Shown in pieces: positions 20,115-28,731 of a stretch of 64,000 nt of DNA (position 1 is its first letter; every line of letters begins with the position of its first letter). The position numbers were made by a program, and so were the translations under genes. The notes beneath the pieces are model-generated. The model was not told the origin of the DNA, ran no database searches, and saw only the letters and a list, made by a program, of their open reading frames with translations. Origin of the DNA: an uncultured Rubripirellula sp. (GTDB taxonomy: Bacteria > Planctomycetota > Planctomycetia > Pirellulales > Pirellulaceae); contig CALKGR010000001.1 of assembly GCA_938085445.1 (NCBI GenBank), positions 96,001 through 160,000 on the forward strand, in the 5' to 3' direction.

Positions 20115-20606
20115 TTAGCGAAACCAGAATTCAAGGATATCCTCAACACGCTCTTCTTCCAGCATTTCATGCGCGACCAACTCGTCGGACAGTGCCGCAA
20201 TGGCTGCCCAAACTCGATCCAGTTGCACTTGTCGCCTCAGCTCCACCATGATCTTTTCCAATGCCGCCATGCGTTGCCTCTCATCAGCCCACATCGGTGT
20301 TGCTGTTCGCCAAGCCTGCGCCCAGTCGTGCTGCCAAGGCCCGTAGAACGCGGGGTGAAAGGGTTCGTCTCGATAGACCATCTCGGCTACTGGGCCAGCG
20401 AGTATTGTTAAGATCTCTCGTTTTCGCTGCCAATCAAGATCAGGATCAACCCGTCCCCACTGAATACGACACTCCCCAAAACGAGCTGGTAACCAATCAT
20501 CTGCTTCACCACCAAGCTGCATACCCTGAACTGTCCCACCCAACGCATAGGCAATCACTGCATGCCCAGACTCATGGTAGGCAGTGAGCGTTTCATCATC
20601 CATCAC
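20115..20606 (-). CDS. Stand-alone FtsH/M41-like zinc metallopeptidase domain
   Basis: TAYHESGHAVIA (HExxH), LAGPVAE, downstream Asp in QHDWAQA; no AAA domain. Confidence 0.75.
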   Translation of the reverse strand: MMDDETLTAYHESGHAVIAYALGGTVQGMQLGGEADDWLPARFGECRIQWGRVDPDLDWQRKREILTILAGPVAEMVYRDEPFHPAFYGPWQHDWAQAWRTATPMWADERQRMAALEKIMVELRRQVQLDRVWAAIAALSDELVAHEMLEEERVEDILEFWFR

Positions 20607-20690
20607 TTTGTTGTCACCTGTGCTAAACTGCGTTTACCTGACAACATATTGAAACTAAGACTCAACGAAAACCTCGCCCTGTAAGGAAGA

Positions 20691-21740
20691 GTGACCAAGA
20701 TGAAAGCGATGTTACTGACCGCGTACGAACAGATGGAAGTCACAGAAGTTAACGAGCCTGAAGTTGGACCAGATGATGTCCTGATTCAGGTAGAAGCTTG
20801 TGGCATTTGCGGCAGTGACATCCACGGATTTGACGGTAGCACTGGTCGAAGGATCCCACCCCTCGTCATGGGCCACGAGGCATCAGGAATTGTCGTGGGC
20901 ACCGGTTCGAATGTATCAGATCTCCCGGATGGTACCCGCGTCACCTTTGATTCCATGGTTTCATGCGGACAATGTGACTTTTGCCGACAAGGAAGTGGAA
21001 ATCTCTGCGACAACCGTATGGTACTAGGGGTCTCATGCGAAGAGTACCGCCGGCATGGTGCTTTTGCTGAGCGAATCAGTGTGCCACGAAGGATTGTCTA
21101 CCAACTACCGGATAGCTTGCCCTTTGAAGAAGCTGCGCTTGTTGAAGCTGTTTCCGTAGCAGTTCACGCCGCTAATGTCACTCCGATCTCCCTCGGTGAC
21201 ACAGCTGTTGTTGTTGGCGCGGGCATGATCGGTTTATTGACTCTACAAGCAGCTCGCGCTGCGGGCGCTTCGCGTATCATCGCAATTGACTTGAATGAAA
21301 AACGCCTTGAGGTCGCAAAACAACTCGGCGCCGACGAAATCATACGGGGTGACCAGTGCAATGCTGCTGAGGTGATCATGAAGCTTACCAACGGTCGGGG
21401 TGCTGATATTGCATTTGAAGTCGTTGGTACGACACCGACGGTAAGAACAGCAATTGAATGTGTGCGAAAAGGCGGTAATGTGACGCTGGTGGGTAACGTC
21501 TCGCCAACCATTGACTTGCCGCTGCAATCAGTCGTAACAAGGGAAATCTCGCTGCATGGAACCTGTGGTTGCAACGGTGAGTACCCAGAATGCATCGATT
21601 TAATGAATCGAGGAATCATCAATGTCAAGCCGCTGATTACCGCCACAATCCCACTTAGCGATGGTCCCAAGTGGTTTGAGAGACTTCATGCAGGTGACCC
21701 GGATCAGATGAAGGTCGTTGTGCAACCCCGCCAAACATAA
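20691..21740 (+). CDS. Zinc-dependent sugar-alcohol dehydrogenase (MDR family)
   Basis: CGICGSDIH, GHE, structural Zn site CGQCDFC..C, GAGMIG. Confidence 0.9.
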   Translation: MTKMKAMLLTAYEQMEVTEVNEPEVGPDDVLIQVEACGICGSDIHGFDGSTGRRIPPLVMGHEASGIVVGTGSNVSDLPDGTRVTFDSMVSCGQCDFCRQGSGNLCDNRMVLGVSCEEYRRHGAFAERISVPRRIVYQLPDSLPFEEAALVEAVSVAVHAANVTPISLGDTAVVVGAGMIGLLTLQAARAAGASRIIAIDLNEKRLEVAKQLGADEIIRGDQCNAAEVIMKLTNGRGADIAFEVVGTTPTVRTAIECVRKGGNVTLVGNVSPTIDLPLQSVVTREISLHGTCGCNGEYPECIDLMNRGIINVKPLITATIPLSDGPKWFERLHAGDPDQMKVVVQPRQT

Positions 21741-21789
21741 TTCCCGTTCATATCCGTTTGGAAACAAAAGACGAGCTGTGTTGTTCAGA

Positions 21790-22695
21790 TCAAACAACTT
21801 CAAGATCAGATTTAACAAGGACAACACTACTGTTGCCCGATTGAAAAATGATGTCATCCATAAAGCTTGTCATCAACACGAAACCACGACACTGCTCGAT
21901 TTCAAACGACTCCGCAGTCCCCGGTGCTGGGGTCAAGCGGGTCAAGCGGCCGGGGCCATCATGTGATATGAAAAACCGCGTATCGACAGTACTTACAGAG
22001 ACTCGCAACTGCACCTTTCTGTCACGGTATGGATGAACAGCAGCTCGGTCTCGCACCTCATCGTTGTTGCGTGAATCCTCTGTGAACATGCGACTGACGA
22101 CTGGATCTTCTTCCTTGATCTCCAAATTTCCATAGCACATAGCATTGAACAAGGCGCTCGATAGAGCCGCCCCGACACGTATCCTCTGAACGGTGGAAAG
22201 ACCAGTGGCAGCGGCCAATGTCTGCACGACGTACAAGACCGCGGGCTCGATCGCTGCGATGTCATTGGGTAATTCAATGCTGAATTCCGGGTTCTCTAAA
22301 TGCCCGGAAAAGTGTTGGAAAATTGCGTTGACCTCAACCATCGACAAGGTTTGACGCACAACATGATTCAGCAATTTCTGCAAGGAATTCTTGGGCACAA
22401 AGTTCACTGCACCAACAGCTAACGCGTCAACAGCTAACCCCTCTGAACCTCTCGCGGTCACGACAATACAGGGCAGATCGGGATCTTCCCCGACAACTTT
22501 CTCAACCAATTCGCACCCATTCAACTTGGGCATATGCAAATCGGTCACCAACAAGTCAGGTCGCGATGCTTGAAACGCCTCCCAGGCCAATTGCCCATCA
22601 ACCACACAATCCACACGATGACCGTCCTGCTCCAACAAAGCACGCATTAACGCGGTATGCGTTGAACTGTCTTCGGCTAGCAGAATTGTCGCCAT
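21790..22695 (-). CDS. Response regulator (REC) fused to a degenerate HATPase-like domain
   Basis: REC motifs LLAEDS, VTDLHMP, VTA, FVPK; C-terminal ALFNA..YGN, HDGPG, RG..LM..FMD. Confidence 0.82.
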   Translation of the reverse strand: MATILLAEDSSTHTALMRALLEQDGHRVDCVVDGQLAWEAFQASRPDLLVTDLHMPKLNGCELVEKVVGEDPDLPCIVVTARGSEGLAVDALAVGAVNFVPKNSLQKLLNHVVRQTLSMVEVNAIFQHFSGHLENPEFSIELPNDIAAIEPAVLYVVQTLAAATGLSTVQRIRVGAALSSALFNAMCYGNLEIKEEDPVVSRMFTEDSRNNDEVRDRAAVHPYRDRKVQLRVSVSTVDTRFFISHDGPGRLTRLTPAPGTAESFEIEQCRGFVLMTSFMDDIIFQSGNSSVVLVKSDLEVV

Positions 22696-23097
22696 GGAAT
22701 CCTTTTACCGTCCCTAACCACCCTATCTGACAATCTCAACATACTGCCGATTCATCTTGTACATCATATTGTACAGGCTGTGGTGTTTCAGCTTCTTTTT
22801 TCCAGATGAAATATCAGCATTACAAATTCCAAAAAAAATTGCCAAACTATCCATAAATGAAAGACTTACTTTTTGCTATTCACCCGAACGTCCATCAACT
22901 GCTAGACCCAACCACAACAGATGTGGATTCATCATGCAGAAACTTGCATGTCACGACGATCATCAAAATCTGGCCCGTATCGTCTGCAAATCGGAATAGG
23001 ACATCTGATTTGAAACATGCGTACTTCAATCGTTTGCCAAAAGCGAAAATACAAACCATACGCGTCGCCACAACATTTAATTCTTCAGAGTACCCTG

Positions 23098-23757
23098 ATG
23101 CCGTACTTCCGTGTTCATGACAGTCACAAATTGATTCTGACCAACTATAAAGTCATGTTCTCGTCATTCTCTGACACCAACAACTTCACCAAAATCAAAC
23201 GGTACCAAGCGCACTTTCTGTTGCAGCAAGATCGCACACAAGTACATTTCACTGTTCGCGATCCCTATCGAAAAACTATGTCGCTGTACAAAGACAAGTT
23301 TCAGTGGACACCGCTGAATGCGGACCTCACTAAACCAGTTAAATGGGAAAAACCACAGCGAATTTTCTTTCCCTTCATGGGACTTTCAACCAAACGAGAC
23401 AGTGACCAAAAGATTCAGGAGACTCTGGTCAATACGTCGTTTGATGAGTTCGTTGAACTATTGGCACAGTGCTATTGGCACGATGAGCACAGCCAACCTC
23501 AGCACTGGATTCTTGATCACCCGCGTTATGTGCTCTTCAGAAAACTTCATTTGAACCCGAATCGGCTTACCCTTTATAAAATGGAAGAGCCTGAGGAACT
23601 CGATGCCTTTGCGCTGTCGACTGGCTTTGACAATAGCAAACGCGTCAATAGCACTGCTCAGATCACTACCCCCAAAGCACTCAGTCCCGAATCAATCAAG
23701 ACCATCAACAATATCTATAAAAAAGATTTTGCTGACTACGGTTACCAGATGCGTTAA
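23098..23757 (+). CDS. Sulfotransferase family 2-like protein
   Basis: K-V-x-x-S-S 5'-PSB-like motif, FTVRDPY...SLY, DEHSQPQ, C-terminal IYKKDFADYGY. Confidence 0.75.
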   Translation: MPYFRVHDSHKLILTNYKVMFSSFSDTNNFTKIKRYQAHFLLQQDRTQVHFTVRDPYRKTMSLYKDKFQWTPLNADLTKPVKWEKPQRIFFPFMGLSTKRDSDQKIQETLVNTSFDEFVELLAQCYWHDEHSQPQHWILDHPRYVLFRKLHLNPNRLTLYKMEEPEELDAFALSTGFDNSKRVNSTAQITTPKALSPESIKTINNIYKKDFADYGYQMR

Positions 23758-23847
23758 ATGCAATGAACCACACGTACAGACGAGTGACCAAAGCGAGTCG
23801 AGCAAGCGGTCAAACCATTCACCTGTGCACCGTCAAATAACGCGTTT

Positions 23848-24477
23848 TCACAAAGCTCTAGGCTCGGAAAAACCAGGCAAGTCTGGCTCGAGGAAGTATC
23901 CAACTCCGGACTGACGAAGACAGTCAGCCTGCGACTGAGACGCGGGCGTTAATTCTTGACAATCTTGACGGACAATGTCATCCGCCGCTTTGTCACCAGA
24001 GCTAGAACCGTGAGATTGACTCTTCCTGGTCCTAATGAAGTCAGAAATTGACCGCGATGTTCCCTGCGCTGGAGAAGAAACTCGAAGCATCTTCCTTACT
24101 CCATTTAACCGTTCCAATGAAACCAACGCGGCTTGCCTTGCCAAATCTTGATGCTCAGAATTCACTAACTCAGCAAGTGCCATAACCTCAACTTCGAATT
24201 TTGCCAACTCATCCAACAAACGTTGCTCAGACTCACTCTGGTTCGTTTGCCCCCTCTTCAATTCAAATTCCCGATTCAACCCGGACAGATTCTGCCGGCC
24301 ACTGGAATGTTCCTTGTCATCATAACGAGCAAGCGTCTCAGTACGATCCACTTGAATCGCCCTTGGCGCCTCGATCCCAAGCTGGACTTTTGACTTCTTC
24401 AACTGAATGACCCGAACACAGACGTTCAGATCGCGAAATTCTATCGACTCGCCTTCTTTCCTTGACAACACCAACAT
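23848..24477 (-). CDS. csrA: Carbon storage regulator CsrA domain with long C-terminal extension
   Basis: MLVLSRKEGESI...VQLGIEAP..IQVDRTE; SD GGGAGGTG upstream. Confidence 0.85.
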   Translation of the reverse strand: MLVLSRKEGESIEFRDLNVCVRVIQLKKSKVQLGIEAPRAIQVDRTETLARYDDKEHSSGRQNLSGLNREFELKRGQTNQSESEQRLLDELAKFEVEVMALAELVNSEHQDLARQAALVSLERLNGVRKMLRVSSPAQGTSRSISDFIRTRKSQSHGSSSGDKAADDIVRQDCQELTPASQSQADCLRQSGVGYFLEPDLPGFSEPRAL

Positions 24478-24734
24478 TTGAACACCTCCCTATTCACAGA
24501 CCTAGCCAACGCGAGACAACCTAACGCCGCCAGGTACTAAACACAAGTTCAGTATTTGCATTTTTTTGATGTGAATTGCAAGCAATTATGCTCATTTCGT
24601 TCACCACTCACCCAAACGTTGATCCCACAACGAACAACAGAAATCACCTGCAGTCTTTATCCTCGCAGCTCAGACTGCGGTGAACATCGACCAGCCTTAG
24701 TGGTCGTGATTCCTGCACAAGCACGGAGCTCCAT

Positions 24735-25709
24735 TCAGGGATGCTTGTCAAACCAGGCAATGGTCGCGGAAGCAATGCCCTCATGTCCGCCGTCAAAAAT
24801 AGTCAGTCGCGCTTTTCCACTGTAACGTCGCAAAAAATACTTTCGATTGAAAGTTGGATCGAAGCCTTCATCACCTGCTCTCGCCGGTTCCAACTTTCCG
24901 GGCCGTGACAATTGCGACATTTCGATCTCAGTGACTGGCTGGTCACCCCTCGCTTCCGCGATTCGATTAAAGACGTTGATTGAATGGCTGATAGGAACGC
25001 TTCCTTCATGCCCATCCTTGAGCCCGGCGCTGATGTCGAGCGCTACGTCACGCGCGTCTGCCGCATATGTGATGGGACTGCGAGCTTGATACTGCGAATC
25101 TACCTCCAACGAGAAACCGGGAGGTCCGCCACAACACTGTTCGATCATTTTGCCGTACTTGGTCTCACGGTGCCGTGCATGCCACTCTGCGAGATCACTG
25201 ATGCCAACCCATGCGCTTGCAGCTCGCCACAACTTGGGATTTCTTGCAGCCATCAACATTGTCATATGGCCACCGCCCGATGTCCCTGTCAAATAAATTC
25301 TGTCTGCATCGACTTGATAGTGCTCAGTAACCCACGCAATTGCATCAAGAATGTCCTGCTGGGCCAACCTTGATCCACATGCTTGCGGGCTACGATTGAC
25401 ACCACGAAAATTCGGAAACAGATAAATCCAACCTCTGCCATGCACAAGTTTCTCGAGTTCATTACGCTGCGATAAATCCGCGCTCCAAGAATGAAGGCTG
25501 ACAACCAAAGGAACAGGTTTGTGCAACTGGTTACCTGAGGAGGGAGCAATCAGAATCGCTTCCTGAATACTGTCGTCCATTGAGCTTTTGAATTGAATTC
25601 GCTCGCGCTGCATCGCCACCGCTGGCTCGTCCGCGCATACTTCAGTCCTACTTGAGACTGCAGATATTAAAATCGCAAATAAAAAGCAGAAGCCCGAAAT
25701 ACGAATCAT
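24735..25709 (-). CDS. Exported alpha/beta hydrolase (S9 peptidase/esterase-like)
   Basis: Signal peptide, nucleophile elbow GTSGGG, C-terminal GGHE. Confidence 0.85.
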   Translation of the reverse strand: MIRISGFCFLFAILISAVSSRTEVCADEPAVAMQRERIQFKSSMDDSIQEAILIAPSSGNQLHKPVPLVVSLHSWSADLSQRNELEKLVHGRGWIYLFPNFRGVNRSPQACGSRLAQQDILDAIAWVTEHYQVDADRIYLTGTSGGGHMTMLMAARNPKLWRAASAWVGISDLAEWHARHRETKYGKMIEQCCGGPPGFSLEVDSQYQARSPITYAADARDVALDISAGLKDGHEGSVPISHSINVFNRIAEARGDQPVTEIEMSQLSRPGKLEPARAGDEGFDPTFNRKYFLRRYSGKARLTIFDGGHEGIASATIAWFDKHP

Positions 25710-26141
25710 AGAATTGGCCCATTTGAATAAGAAGATTTTGATTGCAACGAAAGCAAATCGAACAACACCTCGCAGCCTCGGCCATGCCATGCGTTAAGGC
25801 CAGGCATGGAGTCGACTTCAGAGACGCCTTTGTGTAATTCTGATTTATACCAAGATACGGAAGCCGGCAGCATCAAAAGTACTGTCAGAAGCTTTCCAGC
25901 CGGCTTCATCGCATTCCCTGTGAGCAGATCACTCTTCGTCAAACCCGTCTCCAAAATGACGCCTTTTGTATTATGCAAGCTCTCACTTCCAGATTTTTCG
26001 AGAATGAAAACGCTATTTGCATTGATCACAGCGTGATTATGGGTAAGTACCACAATGCCCTCCAACACTCTCTTTCGTAAGCCAGACTCGGCAGTCATAC
26101 TCTTTGAATGGAATCAAGTTGGGAATGCTTAGGAGCGGTTA

Positions 26142-28049
26142 ATGTGCGGAATAACAGGAGCAGTCTGGAGCGACCAGAAACAATCCATCGCTCCTGAAGT
26201 GCTTACCAGGATGACCAATGCCATCTCGCATCGTGGTCCTGACGATTCCCAAACCTGGATCGACACCTCCCAAAGGGACGCTTATGGCAATCACCTTGGT
26301 GTCGCCCTTGGTTTTCGACGCCTCAGCATCATCGATCTTGAGGGTGCACGGCAACCGATGTCCAACGAAGACGACACAGTTAAAATGGTCTTCAATGGTG
26401 AGATTTATAATTACCGGACGCTGCGAAGAAGGCTTGAGGGTCGCGGGCACCAGTTCGCAACAGATGGGGATGGTGAATCGATTCTGCACCTCTATGAGGA
26501 CTATGGTGCCGACTGCTTCAACCATCTCAATGGCATGTTTGCAATTGGCATCTGGGATGCGAAGCGAACACGATTTGTGCTGGCACGCGATCGCGTTGGA
26601 CAAAAACCTCTCTATTATGCGGTCAAAGATAACCGGCTTGTTTTCGGTAGCGAATTGAAATCGCTGGCGGCCGTCGAAGGGATCTGCGAGGAAATCGACC
26701 CCGCAGCGATTGATGAATTCTTGACTTATCAATACGTCCCTCATCCTGGAACCATCTGGAAAGGTGTTCGAAAATTAGCACCAGGGCACATGGCCATCTA
26801 TGAAAATGGCCAATTGGCTGTCCATCGCTACTGGAATTTTGATCCTTCCGTAGAAAAACCGATTGACGGGGAAACTGCCTGCGAGCACCTCCGGGAACTG
26901 TTGACCGATTCTGTAAAAATACGAATGCAAAGTGATGTGCCACTGGGTGCATTCCTGTCGGGAGGAATCGATTCATCATTGATTACTGCGATTGCTAACG
27001 AGCACTGTGATTCATCGATCCGCACATTCAGCATCGGCTTTCCGGTTGCAGATTTTGACGAGACTGCTTACGCAGCTGAGGTTGCCAAACACCTCGGAAC
27101 CCAACACCAAAGATTTGAGGTGATGCCCAGTGGGGTGGATGTAATTGACAAACTGGTATGGCATTACGACGAACCATTTGGTGATTCATCAGCTGTTCCA
27201 ACGTGGTACCTCTCGGAACTCACAAAATCTGAAGTCACCGTGGCTCTCTCCGGTGACGGTGGGGATGAATTGTTTGCTGGATACGAGCGTTACCGTGCCT
27301 TATGGCTGAGCAATAAACTTCGAAGCCTATTTCCGGTTCACAAAATCCCAGGACTACAACTGATTCAAAAATTTCCTGACTCGAATCGCAGAAAATCGTT
27401 AGTGCGGCGTGGCAAGCGTTTTCTAGAAGCCTTGGACCAACCACCCGCAAGACGCTATTTGAACTGGCTCCAGATTTTCCCTGAATCGATAAGAGCTTCG
27501 ATCTACACCGACAGTTTCCTCGAAGCATTGCCGGGTGATGATCCCTTTGACTTCCTGGACTCAGCATGGACACGAAGTGCGGGCCGAGATTTGGTCACGC
27601 GCGCCTCCACTGCGGATATCCTCTCCTACCTGCCCTGTGACCTTTGCACGAAAGTCGACATAGCATCCATGGCTCACGGCTTAGAAGTGCGACAACCGCT
27701 ACTGGATCACCGAATTGTCGAGTTCGCGGCCTCGCTGCCAGTGAATCTGAAATTTCGTGGCAAGAGAGGCAAGCTGATCCTGCAGGATACATTCGGATCA
27801 ATGATTCCCAAATCAATTTTCACGCGAAAGAAAATGGGGTTTGGGATACCGATTGCCAACTGGTTTCGAGATGAACTCAAGCCCATGGTACATGACACCC
27901 TACTGGCACAAGACGCAAGGATCAGCCCCTACTTCCGACAGGAATCCATTGCCGAACTCGTCCGGGCCCATGAGACCAACGAGCAAAATCATGGATACAG
28001 GTTGTGGAACCTTCTGATTTTGGAAAAGTGGCTCCGCGAGTGGACCTAG
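26142..28049 (+). CDS. asnB: Asparagine synthase (glutamine-hydrolysing) family amidotransferase
   Basis: MCGI N-terminal Cys, HRGPD, FNGEIYN, LSGGIDSS, SGDGGDELFAGY; AGGAG SD. Confidence 0.95.
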   Translation: MCGITGAVWSDQKQSIAPEVLTRMTNAISHRGPDDSQTWIDTSQRDAYGNHLGVALGFRRLSIIDLEGARQPMSNEDDTVKMVFNGEIYNYRTLRRRLEGRGHQFATDGDGESILHLYEDYGADCFNHLNGMFAIGIWDAKRTRFVLARDRVGQKPLYYAVKDNRLVFGSELKSLAAVEGICEEIDPAAIDEFLTYQYVPHPGTIWKGVRKLAPGHMAIYENGQLAVHRYWNFDPSVEKPIDGETACEHLRELLTDSVKIRMQSDVPLGAFLSGGIDSSLITAIANEHCDSSIRTFSIGFPVADFDETAYAAEVAKHLGTQHQRFEVMPSGVDVIDKLVWHYDEPFGDSSAVPTWYLSELTKSEVTVALSGDGGDELFAGYERYRALWLSNKLRSLFPVHKIPGLQLIQKFPDSNRRKSLVRRGKRFLEALDQPPARRYLNWLQIFPESIRASIYTDSFLEALPGDDPFDFLDSAWTRSAGRDLVTRASTADILSYLPCDLCTKVDIASMAHGLEVRQPLLDHRIVEFAASLPVNLKFRGKRGKLILQDTFGSMIPKSIFTRKKMGFGIPIANWFRDELKPMVHDTLLAQDARISPYFRQESIAELVRAHETNEQNHGYRLWNLLILEKWLREWT

Positions 28050-28050
28050 A

Positions 28051-28731
28051 TCAGACTGGTTGTCCGGCAGATTCCGAAGGTGAACGCAACTTTCGTTCGC
28101 GTCTACGAATCGCAACACCAAACATGGTGGAACTGGTCATTAACGCTAGGAAACCACCAACCGTCACTACGCCCAACACTGCCAGTCGCTGCGTGACCTC
28201 GGTGTTCTTCCAGGCTTCCAACATCGAGTCGCGTTCTGATTCAGTAATCTGAATTTCCACAGCATCCTCATACTGTGTCGTTCCTCCAACCATCACCTCA
28301 CCAGAATATCGTCGCTGCGTAAGCTCCTCATCGAATCGTTTGTCACTGACCTGATAAAAGCCAGCACTTCCAAATGTCCCCACGACGTTGTCGATGAAAG
28401 TTGACAAAGCTGCACTTCGCATCAGTTTCAATTCTTGCACACTTTCATCTCGCGTTTCGCACGGCCCTGACACTACCACAAACGTTGCCACGTTATCTCG
28501 TTCTTGCACCGGATTGCTAATCCACTCTGGACGACTCTCTGGGTAAACAACATGGTCAAGCGGCGGCACAGACAACTCTTTCAGATCCTGATCGACCTCC
28601 GCTAGCTGATCATTCACTCTTTCATCGCTAACCTTGGCTGCCTTCTCATCTGCCACTGACATTCCAGACGTGCACCCAAGCAGAACAACTGCTGCCAACA
28701 GCAGTCGTCTCTTAAGATAATACTCATACAT
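28051..28731 (-). CDS. Hypothetical exported protein with C-terminal TM anchor
   Basis: Signal-like N-terminus, RPEWI motif, C-terminal hydrophobic helix followed by RRRERK; start overlaps the kinase stop. Confidence 0.75.
   Translation of the reverse strand: MYEYYLKRRLLLAAVVLLGCTSGMSVADEKAAKVSDERVNDQLAEVDQDLKELSVPPLDHVVYPESRPEWISNPVQERDNVATFVVVSGPCETRDESVQELKLMRSAALSTFIDNVVGTFGSAGFYQVSDKRFDEELTQRRYSGEVMVGGTTQYEDAVEIQITESERDSMLEAWKNTEVTQRLAVLGVVTVGGFLALMTSSTMFGVAIRRRERKLRSPSESAGQPV

Noticed and set aside
25706..26098. Overlapping ORFs 25706-26098 (-) and 25806-26036 (+)
   Set aside because: No recognisable motifs; this is probably the divergent promoter region of the hydrolase and asnB.
26142..28049. 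asnB as a lasso-peptide cyclase or part of a RiPP cluster
   Set aside because: It is a full-length enzyme with an intact N-terminal Cys glutaminase domain, and no precursor or B-protein genes are adjacent.
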